From an uncultured Pseudomonadota bacterium (GTDB lineage: Bacteria; Oederibacteriota; Muellerivitia; Muellerivitales; Muellerivitaceae): 64,000 nt of DNA. The position numbers and the translations under genes were made by a program. Numbering within the stretch: the first letter of the stretch is position 1; each line of letters begins with the position of its first letter. Where the stretch lies: contig CAVYRH010000026.1 of the NCBI GenBank assembly GCA_963770835.1, positions 819,102 to 883,101 on the forward strand, read 5' to 3'. Below, piece after piece: positions 49,639 to 59,570 of this stretch. The notes below the pieces were generated by a model, which saw nothing but the letters and a program-made list of their open reading frames with translations, ran no database searches and was not told the DNA's origin.

Positions 49639-51489
49639 ATGTGCGGGATTGTCGGATATACGGGCTCCAAACCGGCGGCGCCGTTGCTTTTGAACGGCTT
49701 GGCCAAGCTGGAATACCGGGGTTATGACTCGGCCGGGCTCGCCCTTTTAACGGGCGATCACCATTTGAAAATCATCAAGAAAGCCGGGAAGATCCACAAC
49801 CTTATCGCCGCCGTGCGCGACGCCAAGCTGCCTTCCACCATCACTTGCGGCATCGGGCATACCCGCTGGGCCACCCACGGGCATCCCACCGACCAGAACG
49901 CCCATCCCCATACGGATTGCACGGGCGACATCGCGGTGGTCCATAACGGCATCGTCGAGAATTACCAAAAATTAAAAAAGCAGCTCCAGGACAAAGGCCA
50001 TCGTTTCAAGTCCCAGACCGACTCGGAAGTGCTGGCCCACCTCATGGAAGAAGGCCTCAAGAAACACTCCTGGCGGGACGCCGTGCGCTGGGCCTTGGAA
50101 CAGGTCAAGGGCAACTACTCCATCGTGGCGGTTTACCAGGGGGAGCCCCACACCCTCATCGGCGCCCGGTCGGGCGGGGGCGGCCTGGTGGTCGGACTTG
50201 GCGAAAATGAAAACCTCCTGGCCTCCGACGTGCCGGCCCTCCTGACCCACACCCGCCGGGTTTTTTATCTCGAAGACAACGAAATGGTCACCCTCAAGAC
50301 CGACGGAGTGGAGCTCATCGGCCTACTCGACGGTAAAGTCCGTAAGCCTAAAATATCCGAAATCGAATGGAACCCTGAACAGGCCGAAAAAGGCGGGTAT
50401 CCCCATTTCATGCTGAAGGAAATCATGGAACAGCCGCGGGCCATGGAAGATACCTTCACGAGCCGACTGGACCCCGAAACCGGGGAAGTGGCACTGGAAG
50501 GCAAGTTTTGGGACTCGCCCTTCCTGCGGCGCTTCAAGAAAATCACGATCCTGGCCATGGGCACTTCCTATTACGCGGCGCTGGTGGGGAAGTTCCTCCT
50601 CGAAAAATACCTCCGCGTCCCGGTGGACGTGGACAACGCCTCGGAGTTCCGTTACCGCAACCCCGTCATGGGGCGGGACACCCTGGCCATCGTCATTTCC
50701 CAAAGCGGGGAAACGGTGGACACGCTGGTGGCACTCCGGGAAGCCAAGGCCAAGGGCGCCAAGGTGGCTGTCATCTGCAACGTCATGGGAAGCTCCGCCA
50801 CTAGGGAGGCGGACGGCGTGCTTTTGACCCGGGCGGGGCCTGAGATTGGGGTAGCCTCCACCAAAGCATTTACCACCCAATTGGGAGCCCTTTGGCTAAT
50901 AACCCTTTTCCTGGCCGGAATCCGGAAGACAATGCCCCCTTCGCAGTTGAAGTTGAAGGCGTTGGAACTGGCACACCTTCCCCAACAGATGGCCACCCTT
51001 TTGAGGCAACGAAAAAATCTGGAGAAGATCGCCCGGGAATACGCCTCCTACTTCAATTTTTTGTATATCGGCCGGGGCATCCAATATCCCATCGCCCTGG
51101 AAGGCGCGTTAAAACTGAAGGAGATTTCCTATATCCACGCCGAGGCATACCCGGGCGGGGAAATGAAACACGGGCCCATCGCCTTGATCGACTCCAAGAT
51201 GCCGGTGGTGGCCCTGGCCCTGGCGTCCTCCGGTGTTTACGAGAAAATGCTGAGCAACATGGAAGAAGTGAAAGCCCGGGATGGTAAGCTGATCGCCCTC
51301 GTGGAAAAAGGCGACAAAATGGCGGTCCGCAAGGCGGACGCGGTCATTGAAATCCCGACGGTGGACGAGGACCTTTCCCCCATGCTGTCGGTCCTACCCC
51401 TCCAACTCCTGGCCTATGAGATCGCCAAGCGAAAGGGGCGCGAAATCGACCAGCCCCGCAACCTGGCCAAGAGCGTGACGGTGGAATAG
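49639..51489 (+). CDS. glmS: Glutamine--fructose-6-phosphate transaminase
   Basis: MCGIVG, GHTRWATHG, SQSGET, ASTKAF, LKLKE, PRNLAKSVTVE. Confidence 0.99.
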   Translation: MCGIVGYTGSKPAAPLLLNGLAKLEYRGYDSAGLALLTGDHHLKIIKKAGKIHNLIAAVRDAKLPSTITCGIGHTRWATHGHPTDQNAHPHTDCTGDIAVVHNGIVENYQKLKKQLQDKGHRFKSQTDSEVLAHLMEEGLKKHSWRDAVRWALEQVKGNYSIVAVYQGEPHTLIGARSGGGGLVVGLGENENLLASDVPALLTHTRRVFYLEDNEMVTLKTDGVELIGLLDGKVRKPKISEIEWNPEQAEKGGYPHFMLKEIMEQPRAMEDTFTSRLDPETGEVALEGKFWDSPFLRRFKKITILAMGTSYYAALVGKFLLEKYLRVPVDVDNASEFRYRNPVMGRDTLAIVISQSGETVDTLVALREAKAKGAKVAVICNVMGSSATREADGVLLTRAGPEIGVASTKAFTTQLGALWLITLFLAGIRKTMPPSQLKLKALELAHLPQQMATLLRQRKNLEKIAREYASYFNFLYIGRGIQYPIALEGALKLKEISYIHAEAYPGGEMKHGPIALIDSKMPVVALALASSGVYEKMLSNMEEVKARDGKLIALVEKGDKMAVRKADAVIEIPTVDEDLSPMLSVLPLQLLAYEIAKRKGREIDQPRNLAKSVTVE

Positions 51490-51504
51490 GCAAGACACCC
51501 ATGG

Positions 51505-51959
51505 AACCGCCGAGTGACGCCGAAGGACGCCGATAAGATGGAAGCTTCAAAACAAAGGGCCCAATTGGATGGAATAACCAAGGCCATCATCGGTTGTGCT
51601 TTCGACGTCCACCGGGAACTGAAGCATGGTTTTTTGGAAAAAGTTTACGAGAACGCATTGGCCTATGAGATCCAAAACGCAGGCCTGAAAGTCAAACAAC
51701 AACATCCCATCAAAGTGAAGTATAAGAAGATTGTCGCGGGTGACTACTTGGCTGATTTGCTGGTGGAGGATTTAGTTCTGGTGGAGTTGAAGGCAGTGAC
51801 CGATCTGGGCCCTATTCATATGGCGCAATGCTTGAATTACCTGCGGGCGACCCAGAAAAAAGTCTGTTTGCTTTTTAACTTCGGGACGCCTAAGCTCCAA
51901 ATCCGGAGAGTTGTCCATTATTTTTGACTTTCGGCGTCCGTCGGCGTCATTCGGCGGTT
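51505..51959 (+). mobile_element. Putative GxxExxY mini-element: nuclease gene between 29-bp inverted repeats of 10-nt units
   Basis: AACCGCCGAGTGACGCCGAAGGACGCCGA (51505-51533) vs TCGGCGTCCGTCGGCGTCATTCGGCGGTT (51931-51959), 27/29. Confidence 0.65.
51538..51927 (+). CDS. GxxExxY (PD-(D/E)xK) protein
   Basis: GFLEKVY, ADLLVE..VLVELK, AQCLNYL. Confidence 0.93.
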   Translation: MEASKQRAQLDGITKAIIGCAFDVHRELKHGFLEKVYENALAYEIQNAGLKVKQQHPIKVKYKKIVAGDYLADLLVEDLVLVELKAVTDLGPIHMAQCLNYLRATQKKVCLLFNFGTPKLQIRRVVHYF

Positions 51960-51984
51960 TCCGGCTTTTTTGAAGGAGTTCTGA

Positions 51985-54792
51985 ATGCCCAAACCCCGGT
52001 TGTTCCTAATCGACGGCGCCGCCGTCGCTTACCGCGCCTATTTCGCCCGCATCAAGAACCCGGCGATGAATTCCCAAAACATGAACACCTCGGCGCCCCT
52101 AGGTTTCATGAACACGCTCCTGATGATCCTCAAAAAGGAAAAGCCCGATTACTTCGCGGTGGTGTTCGACTCGAGGGAGCCTACCTTCCGCCATAAAATG
52201 TACAAGGAATACAAGGCCAACCGCGAGGAGATGCCGGAGGACCTGTCCAAATCCTTCCCCTACATCGAAAAGCTGGTCAAGGCCATGAACATCCCCACCC
52301 TCGTCAAACCGGGCTTCGAGGCCGACGACATCATCGGCACCCTGGTGGAGAAGGCGAAAAAGGAGAAGATTGACACCGTCATCGTGTCCGGCGACAAGGA
52401 TTTCATGCAGTTGATCGGCCCCGCGGTCAAGATGTTCAAACCCAAGTGGCCCGACGACTGGGCCATGGCGGACGAGAAGGACGTCCTGGAAAAATTCGGG
52501 GTGAAACCCTCCCAGGTCATCGACGTGCTGGCCCTGATGGGGGACAGCTCGGACAACGTGCCAGGCGTCCCGGGCATCGGGGAAAAAACCGCCTCCACCC
52601 TCATCCAGGAATACGGGTCCTTCGACAACCTTTTTAAAAACATCGATAAGATCGAGAAGCCCAAACTGAAGGAAACCCTCCAAAAAAACCGCCCCCTGGC
52701 CGATATTTCCAGGGAACTGGTCACCATCCATTGCGAAGTCCCCCTCAAGGAAAAAGCGGAGGACCTGGTCGCCGGAAAACCGGACATGGCGGTGTTGCGG
52801 GAACTTTTCAAGGAACTGGAATTCCGCCAGATGCCGAGCCGGGTGGAGGAATACGCCTCCAAGTTCGGGCCGGTTGACCTCGTCCTGGAAAGCCCGGAGG
52901 AAACGGCGAAGGGGGGAAAAGGCAAAAAAGAGAAAGGCTCCAAAAAAGAAAAAGAGGCGGCGCCGGAGCCGGGTGAAATCAAGGTGAAACACGTCTCGGA
53001 CAAATATCGCGGCCTTTTGACGGAGGAAGAAATCGGAAAGGCCTTGGCGGCGGCCGCCAAGGCGGGCTTAACGGCGGTGGACACCGAAACCACCGGCTTG
53101 GATCCCCTGATCGCCGACATTGTCGGGGTTTCCCTGGCCTGGAAGGAAAAAGAAGCTGTTTTCATTCCCTTCAACCAGGAATTGCCGAAGGAAAAACTTA
53201 TCAAGATTCTGAAGCCCTTTTTGGAAAATCCCAAAATTGAAAAGGGTGGGCAGAACAGCAAATATGACTGGGCGGTTTTTAAAACCCACGGCATCGAACC
53301 CGAGGGGTTCGCCTTTGACACGATGCTGGAAAGCTTCCTTTTGGACTCCTCCTACCGCCAGCACAACCTGGACGCCATTGCCCTCAAGCATTTCAACTAC
53401 ACCAAGATCCCCACCGAGGCCCTGATCGGAAGTGGGAAAAAACAGATCACCATGGACAAAGTACCGCTGGAAGCCATCGTCCAATACGCCTGCGAGGACG
53501 CGGATTTCGCGCTGCGGGCCCATAATCTTTTCGCCCCCCGGCTAAAAAAGGAAGGGCTGGAGAAGCTTTACCACGAGGTGGAGCTGCCCCTGGTGATGGT
53601 GCTGGAGGATATGGAACGCAAGGGTATTTGCGTGGATGTCAAATTGTTAAAGACCCTGTCCGATGAGGCGGGTGAGGAACTGAAGAAAATCACCAAGAAA
53701 ATATTCAAGGAAGCCGGGGAGGAATTCACCATCGCCTCGCCCTTGCAGTTGGGCAAGATCCTTTTTGAAAAGATGCAGGTCCAGAAGATTTCGGGAACCC
53801 GGGTGAAGAAGACCAAAACCGGTTATGCCACGGACGTGGACGTCCTGGAATCCTTGAAAGGAGTTCCCATCGCCGACCTGGTCCTGGACTTTCGCATGCT
53901 CTCCAAACTAAAAAATACCTACCTCGATGTCCTCCCCGAGATGGTGAGCCCTAAGGACGGCCGGATTCACACCTCCTACAGTCAAGCCGTGGCGGCCACC
54001 GGACGCCTCTCCTCGAACGACCCGAACCTCCAGAATATCCCCATCCGTTCCGAGTTCGGCCGCCGTATCCGCGGGGCCTTCGTGGCCGAGGATTCCAAGC
54101 ACATGCTGATCTCGGCGGACTATTCCCAGATCGAGCTAAGGGTCCTGGCCCATATCACGGGGGACCCCAACCTCATCCAGACCTTCGAGAACGACGAGGA
54201 CGTCCACCGCCGCACAGCCTCGCTTATTTTCGGGTTGCCCATGGACAAGGTGACTCCCACCCAAAGAAACCAGGCCAAGACCATCAATTTCGGGGTCATT
54301 TACGGCATGGGGCCTCAACGCCTGGCCCGGGAAAATGGGGTTTCCATGGCTGAAGCCAAGAAGTTCATCGAGGATTATTTCGCCAAATATCCCGGAATCC
54401 AGAAGTTCACCACCGAATGCGTGGAAACGGCGAAGGAACAGGGTTACGTATCGACTATCCTGGGCCGCAAGCGTCTTTTGCCGGATATCCAGTCCACGAA
54501 CATCGGGCTTAGGATCAGCGCCGAGCATATGGCGGTCAATACCCCCATCCAGGGGTCGGCGGCCGACCTCATCAAGATGGCCATGGTGCGCCTCCACGAA
54601 AAACTCAAGGCCAAAAAAATGGAAACGGTCATGCTGCTTCAAGTGCACGATGAATTGGTTTTCGAGGCACCCAAGGGGGAAGTGGAGGACGCCAAGAAGA
54701 TGATCGTCCACGAGATGGAAAACGCCATGAAGCTCAAGGTGCCTTTGAAAGTCGACGTGGGCGTGGGCAAGAGCTGGCTCGAAGCCCACTGA
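51985..54792 (+). CDS. polA: DNA polymerase I
   Basis: 5'-3' exonuclease (EADD, SGDKD, GDSSDN), DTETT, ADYSQIELR, AKTINFG..YG, QVHDE. Confidence 0.99.
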   Translation: MPKPRLFLIDGAAVAYRAYFARIKNPAMNSQNMNTSAPLGFMNTLLMILKKEKPDYFAVVFDSREPTFRHKMYKEYKANREEMPEDLSKSFPYIEKLVKAMNIPTLVKPGFEADDIIGTLVEKAKKEKIDTVIVSGDKDFMQLIGPAVKMFKPKWPDDWAMADEKDVLEKFGVKPSQVIDVLALMGDSSDNVPGVPGIGEKTASTLIQEYGSFDNLFKNIDKIEKPKLKETLQKNRPLADISRELVTIHCEVPLKEKAEDLVAGKPDMAVLRELFKELEFRQMPSRVEEYASKFGPVDLVLESPEETAKGGKGKKEKGSKKEKEAAPEPGEIKVKHVSDKYRGLLTEEEIGKALAAAAKAGLTAVDTETTGLDPLIADIVGVSLAWKEKEAVFIPFNQELPKEKLIKILKPFLENPKIEKGGQNSKYDWAVFKTHGIEPEGFAFDTMLESFLLDSSYRQHNLDAIALKHFNYTKIPTEALIGSGKKQITMDKVPLEAIVQYACEDADFALRAHNLFAPRLKKEGLEKLYHEVELPLVMVLEDMERKGICVDVKLLKTLSDEAGEELKKITKKIFKEAGEEFTIASPLQLGKILFEKMQVQKISGTRVKKTKTGYATDVDVLESLKGVPIADLVLDFRMLSKLKNTYLDVLPEMVSPKDGRIHTSYSQAVAATGRLSSNDPNLQNIPIRSEFGRRIRGAFVAEDSKHMLISADYSQIELRVLAHITGDPNLIQTFENDEDVHRRTASLIFGLPMDKVTPTQRNQAKTINFGVIYGMGPQRLARENGVSMAEAKKFIEDYFAKYPGIQKFTTECVETAKEQGYVSTILGRKRLLPDIQSTNIGLRISAEHMAVNTPIQGSAADLIKMAMVRLHEKLKAKKMETVMLLQVHDELVFEAPKGEVEDAKKMIVHEMENAMKLKVPLKVDVGVGKSWLEAH

Positions 54793-54947
54793 TCTTCCGG
54801 GCCATTTATCGGACCCTTTTTCGACTCAAAAGTGAAAGCTATTGAAAAAAGGCCGTCGAGGGGGCATTCTAAGAGCTGGATCCAGCGCGGGCTTTACCCG
54901 CACCGGGCACCTTTTTCAAAAATAGAAATTCGTTGAGGAGTTTGACT

Positions 54948-55172
54948 ATGGGCCGTTTTGAAGAATTACTGCTGGTTCTAGCTGTTGCTTTGCTGCTGTT
55001 CGGACCGAATAAATTGACCGACCTGGCCAAGGCCATGGGCGGGGCATTACGCGAGTTCAAGAAAGCCGCCAACCCGGAGGATGAAGCCAAGGCCGCTTCT
55101 ACCCCCGCCAATTCTGCGCCGTCCGCTTTGCCGTCCGAATCCAAACCCGCGGATGCCAATAAAAACAGCTAA
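54948..55172 (+). CDS. tatA: Twin-arginine translocase TatA/TatE
   Basis: ELLLVL..ALLLFGP.KL..LA..MG.ALREFKKA; GAGGAG RBS. Confidence 0.92.
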   Translation: MGRFEELLLVLAVALLLFGPNKLTDLAKAMGGALREFKKAANPEDEAKAASTPANSAPSALPSESKPADANKNS

Positions 55173-55192
55173 ATCTATCATCCGTTAAAAAC

Positions 55193-55228
55193 AAAAAAGC
55201 CGTCTTCCTTAGGAAGGACGGCTTTTTT
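55193..55228. terminator. Bidirectional terminator between convergent genes
   Basis: AAAAAAGCCGTC...GACGGCTTTTTT. Confidence 0.9.
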
Positions 55229-55235
55229 ATTGCCT

Positions 55236-56058
55236 TTAGTCGACGTTCTTCATCCGGACGATGGAAGAAATAACGGCCACCGTCACCCCGAAGATGCAAA
55301 CAACAGTGGCGCCCATGGGCCAGTCCCGGACATATGACAGCACCGAACCGGTGATGGAAACGACGATGCCGATTCCCCAGGCCCAATAGAGGCGGCGGTG
55401 TTTCCGGCCCAAAAGACTGGCGCAGACCACCGGCACAATGAGGAATGAGAAAACCGCCAGCACACCGGCCACCCGGACCGCGTCGGTCACCACCAACCCG
55501 AAGGCGGTGTAAAAAAGAAAATCCCATGTCTTTATCGATAGTCCCTGGCGTTCCGCCCCTTGCGGGTCGGAAGAGCAAAGCAGGAGGGTTTTATGCTTCC
55601 AATAAAGGAAGGCCCCGATCACCGCATAAAAAGCCGCCATGATCGCGATATCCCTCCAGGATACCCAGCCCAAGGCCTCGCCGCTCAAGGTTCCCTGCAC
55701 GTGCTCGGCACCATGTGGAGAGTTGGCCAGCATCAAAAGCGTTGTCGCCGTGGCGAAGGCAAAGGAGATGCCGATGAAGGCCTCCTGAAGGACCGAGTGG
55801 CCCCGGTCCCAAAGGAAGCTGAACAAGGCCGCCCCCAAGAGGGTAAAACCGAATGGACCAATAATAAGTGCTGGGGTCATGGGGCTCGGCCCCCAGGAGG
55901 AAAGCTACGGACTGGCCCAGGGCCGCGATTTGGGCCAGGGCCAGGTCCACGAAAATGACTCCCCGGGCCAGCACGTGCTGGCCCAAGGAGGGAAGGATCA
56001 ACACCAACAGAAGGCAGGCCAGCATCGGCAATGCCATGACCGAGAAAAAATTAGACAT
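55236..56058 (-). pseudogene. Metal ABC permease (ZnuB/MntB-like) with a one-base frameshift near 55854
   Basis: G.HVLARGVIFVDLALAQIAALG in first frame, QEAFIG...GVLAVFSFLIVP in second; deleting one base gives YYWS-FGFTLLG. Confidence 0.85.
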
Positions 56059-56150
56059 GTGCTGATTCTCCCTTCAAAAATAAAAATATTGAAATCGGTA
56101 CTATACCGACTTCGTTTAAGAGGTCTTACGGAAAGTCGGCATGCTTTACC

Positions 56151-57065
56151 TCACTTTTGAGCGAAGGCTTTGGCGAGCGTGGACACGATAACGTCGAACT
56201 TCGAGAAAACGTCCTTCGCCTCGGGCGTTCCCCCGACTTCCGTGGGAACCACATAGGCCGTGGCACCGGCTTTTTTCGCCAGCTCATTGGACGCATCCGC
56301 GTCGTGATAGGGCTGGTAAACCACCACCTTCACTCCGGCGGCTTTCATGGCCTCGGCGGTTTCGGTGAGGTAGCGCGGATTGGGTGGAATGCCGGGCTTG
56401 GGCTCCACCGTTCCGAAAATCTCCAACCCAAAACGCTCGGTGAAATAGACGAAATTCTCGTGGAAGACCACGAGTTTCGCCCCCTTGTAAGGGTTCAGTT
56501 GTTCCTTCCAACCCTTCATGGCCTCCTCTATTTTCCCGTCAAAGGCCTTGGCATTGGCCGCGTAATCCGCGGCATTATCCGGGTCCAGGTCGGAAAAAAC
56601 CCGGGCCAGGTGGTCCGCCACCACTTCCAGGTTGGCCGGGTCCGTATAGTAATGCGGATTGCCCAAGGGATGGATATCCCCTTCGGCCCGGCTGACGGTT
56701 CCGATGGGTTTTTCCAGCACGTTCACGCCCTCGGAAGCGTCAATGAACCCCTTGGCTCCGGGTTGGATCTTGGGATTGCGGCTCCCAGGTATCACCAGGG
56801 GCAGCCAGCCGCCGTCCAGTTCCAGCCCCACGGACACAAACACGTCGGCGTTCTGGATGGCCTTCATCAGGCTGGGCTTGGCCGGCACGAAATGCGGGTC
56901 CTCATACCCTTTGCACAGGCTGATGGCCGTCACGTGCTTGCCGCCCACGGCCTGGGCCACGTCGGCCAAATCGCTCAAAGATGTAGCCACCTTCAGGTCG
57001 GCGAAGGCCCCCGACGTCGGAAACCATGCCAGTGTCAGCGCGATCAACAGCTTGATTATCTTCAT
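56151..57065 (-). CDS. Metal ABC substrate-binding protein (TroA/ZnuA family)
   Basis: Signal peptide, EDPH, GDIHPLGNPHY, FHE.F.YF, EPKPGIPP. Confidence 0.93.
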   Translation of the reverse strand: MKIIKLLIALTLAWFPTSGAFADLKVATSLSDLADVAQAVGGKHVTAISLCKGYEDPHFVPAKPSLMKAIQNADVFVSVGLELDGGWLPLVIPGSRNPKIQPGAKGFIDASEGVNVLEKPIGTVSRAEGDIHPLGNPHYYTDPANLEVVADHLARVFSDLDPDNAADYAANAKAFDGKIEEAMKGWKEQLNPYKGAKLVVFHENFVYFTERFGLEIFGTVEPKPGIPPNPRYLTETAEAMKAAGVKVVVYQPYHDADASNELAKKAGATAYVVPTEVGGTPEAKDVFSKFDVIVSTLAKAFAQK

Positions 57066-57094
57066 TCGATTCTCCTTAGATTCGGCTTTCGCCG

Positions 57095-57177
57095 AATTTT
57101 AAATTTTAAGTTTTGAATTTTGAATGAATGTAATTTCCGCCAGGCGGAAATTACCATAATTCAAAATTAAGAATTCA
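57095..57177. repeat. Heptamer tandem repeats flanking a perfect palindrome
   Basis: AATTTTA AATTTTA AGTTTTG AATTTTG, GTAATTTCCGCC-A-GGCGGAAATTAC, then inverted ATTCAAAATTAAGAATTCA. Confidence 0.75.
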
Positions 57178-57279
57178 TGCCGCTTCACATTCTAAAAATG
57201 TTTATAACTGTAAGCGGTATAGTCCCTCATTTCATTGACCCATTTAAAATTGTTATGTGGGACAACGTTAAAAATTACC

Positions 57280-58422
57280 TTAATAAGAGTGCGGCGGGTG
57301 AAACCCGATCACGTAATTGAACTGGATCATGGCCCGGTTGTCCACCTGGTTCGCGTCGTTGCGGGCGTAACTGTATTCCACCCGGACTTCCGAGAACTCC
57401 GAGGCCAGCCAGGCGATGTCGCCGGAGGCCCGCTGCACGTGGCCGGAAAGGGAATTCTCCGTGGGGTCCACCCCCAGGTCAGGCGTAGCGTTGAAGCATT
57501 CCTCGGCTCTGATGCCCGTCCACCATTCCTGGGCCAATCGGTATTGGAAGGACCCGTACCATCCGTTCGATTCCTGGTTATACAAGCTGTCATTGTAGGA
57601 AACCTTCTTAATGTATTCCCCCTGCAGGATCCAGCCCCGCTGGTTCGACTGCCGCAGCGGGACGTTGCGAAGAGTAAAGTCCGCCCCGTAAACCGCGTGG
57701 TGAAGGCCGTCGACGCCCATGCCGGTCAGGTCGGAGCCGCCCAATTCCATGGTCGTATCCTCGTCCACGTCGAAGAGGTTCTTCAAATGGAGAAGGTAGG
57801 GGATGTTGTCGTGGGACGGGGAATCAAAATCCAGCGGGTGGTTTCCCTGTCCTACGGGCGCTCCCAGGGCGGTCACGCCGTCATCCGCCACCGGGGCGTA
57901 ACCTCCCGCCGTCAATTCGCAGAACCAAGGCAGGGGGCTCAGCCAAGAGGCCTGGAGGCCTGCGTCCTTGAAGCCTTCCATGCCGATGGAGTTGCCCATG
58001 ATGATGGGTGCCTGGATGAAGGGAAAAGCATGGGTATGCAAGAGCCCGTGTTTGCCGAACTGGGCCCGCATCTGCCCAACCTTTAATTGGATATCGGGGA
58101 TGCTGTCGGTAGTGGCGTAGGCTTCCTCAGCCTCCACGGTGTCCGGTATGCCGTTCGCTGGGTCGGCTCCGAAAACCAGGTTGGCGGCCAGGGTCCAATA
58201 GGGGTCCACCGTGGAAATCACGCTGAGCTCGGCTTCCTGAAACTGGATCCCCTGTTCGTTCGGGTAGTTCACGTTAGGGGCCTCGTTGCCCAGGAAAAGC
58301 GCGCTCATGCCGATGGCCGGATTGGCCAGGTTCGAGATGATCGAGCGGGTTTGGGCGCTTGCGATAGCCGGTAGGCAAAGCATCGCGGTAATGAATGTAA
58401 ACAACTTAAACCGATTGGACAT
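57280..58422 (-). CDS. Outer-membrane beta-barrel/porin of metal-uptake loci
   Basis: Signal peptide, NPAI, EAEL...VDPY, EEAY, FGK...HTHAF, SEFS..R.EY, C-terminal IGFHPPHSY. Confidence 0.85.
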   Translation of the reverse strand: MSNRFKLFTFITAMLCLPAIASAQTRSIISNLANPAIGMSALFLGNEAPNVNYPNEQGIQFQEAELSVISTVDPYWTLAANLVFGADPANGIPDTVEAEEAYATTDSIPDIQLKVGQMRAQFGKHGLLHTHAFPFIQAPIIMGNSIGMEGFKDAGLQASWLSPLPWFCELTAGGYAPVADDGVTALGAPVGQGNHPLDFDSPSHDNIPYLLHLKNLFDVDEDTTMELGGSDLTGMGVDGLHHAVYGADFTLRNVPLRQSNQRGWILQGEYIKKVSYNDSLYNQESNGWYGSFQYRLAQEWWTGIRAEECFNATPDLGVDPTENSLSGHVQRASGDIAWLASEFSEVRVEYSYARNDANQVDNRAMIQFNYVIGFHPPHSY

Positions 58423-58471
58423 AATTCCTCCTGTGATTTCGGCTTTTTGAAAAGCCGTCGATGAAACTTAA

Positions 58472-58762
58472 TTACAGGAAGTTTTGGGGAGGAGCCCGGC
58501 CGAGGGATGGAAAGGATTTGATGGATGAAACAAAGGTGGGAGTGAAAGTGAAAAGAAAAACGAGCAAAAAAATTTGCTCCAGGGGAGGGGGAGCGGGGGT
58601 ATGGAGCGCTTGGGAACCGGTTTGCTGGCAAACACAGAGGGCGCAATGGTCACTGGCTTCCAACCTATCGTGATGGTGGAAAGCCTCCACCACCAGGATG
58701 GAAAGCAGGAAGGGCAAAACAATGAATGAAATTAAGGAAAGTTGTTTTTTAAAGAAATACAT
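58472..58762 (-). CDS. DUF2946-like leader peptide with HHH, CxxC and C-terminal RAPP
   Basis: Hydrophobic N-terminus, HHHD...DHCALC, ...GRAPP four residues before the stop; upstream of metal-uptake genes. Confidence 0.8.
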   Translation of the reverse strand: MYFFKKQLSLISFIVLPFLLSILVVEAFHHHDRLEASDHCALCVCQQTGSQALHTPAPPPLEQIFLLVFLFTFTPTFVSSIKSFPSLGRAPPQNFL

Positions 58763-59570
58763 AACCGGGCCACATTATTGAGAGAAGGTTCTGGAATGTC
58801 AACGAGGGTGGGGAGAGTGAAAAGCCCCAGCTTGAAGTTGTTCCGGAGGGACCAACTCAAGTTGAAATCAGAAGGGTCCACCGATTTATGGAGCAAGGAC
58901 CATGGTGGACATCGTGCCAGAGGAGGGTTTGCAGAGCCAGCAGGTGAGGGAGTAGGCCGATGAGGGTCAACCCAAGTCCTGACCAGGTAATCACCAGAGA
59001 GCCTGGAAGTCAGCCCCCGGCGTAGGATCGAGAGGTCCTGCCCGAAACGGGGTCATAAACCTCATTTAGTGAGGGAACAATCCAGCAGTCCGCAACATCA
59101 AGTGAATCCTGCCGCTTCGTGAATGGGACACCGAAAGGTGCAAGGGGATGCCGAGCCGCGTGTCTACTGGCGAAGGCCACGATCCCGCTGAAGAATCTGG
59201 TAGCAAGCGGGGCAAGTCCTCCGGAGTATGGGGAACGGAATGTTGGAAAGGCTATGCAAGCAAGCTGGGAGATCCTACCCGCCAAAAGACTTGCCGCTAT
59301 AAGGCTAAAACCGAAAAGAGGCAAGGGTGGGAGGAAGTCGGAGGGGGTCACAGTACCGATGAAGGGGTGGACAACAAAACCACCCTGAGGGAAGGACCCC
59401 TGCTTCAACCATGTGTCTCAAAGAAGGTAGGCGCTGGAGCATGCCCCAAAGGGCCAACAACTGATATGAATGAGCCAGTCAAGCCCGCTGGTTTTTCCTT
59501 TGGTTTTATCCTACTCTTTTCCACCTCAAGGCCCTGCGAAAAGCCCTGATCTCGAAAGCCCGGCTTGTTT

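Noticed and set aside
56103..56140. Hairpin CCGACTT...AAGTCGG between SBP and permease as a riboswitch
   Set aside because: Single stem with no aptamer features; consistent with an ordinary mRNA-stabilising hairpin after an SBP gene
14840..58086. Long antisense ORFs (e.g. 14840-15721, 21581-22651, 34845-35738, 52260-53321, 56157-57116, 57235-58086)
   Set aside because: Shadow frames of well-supported GC-rich genes, with no independent motifs
59170..59220. EBS1-IBS1 pairing between intron domain I and the 5' flank
   Set aside because: No convincing complementary hexamer found by eye, so the 5' splice site is left approximate
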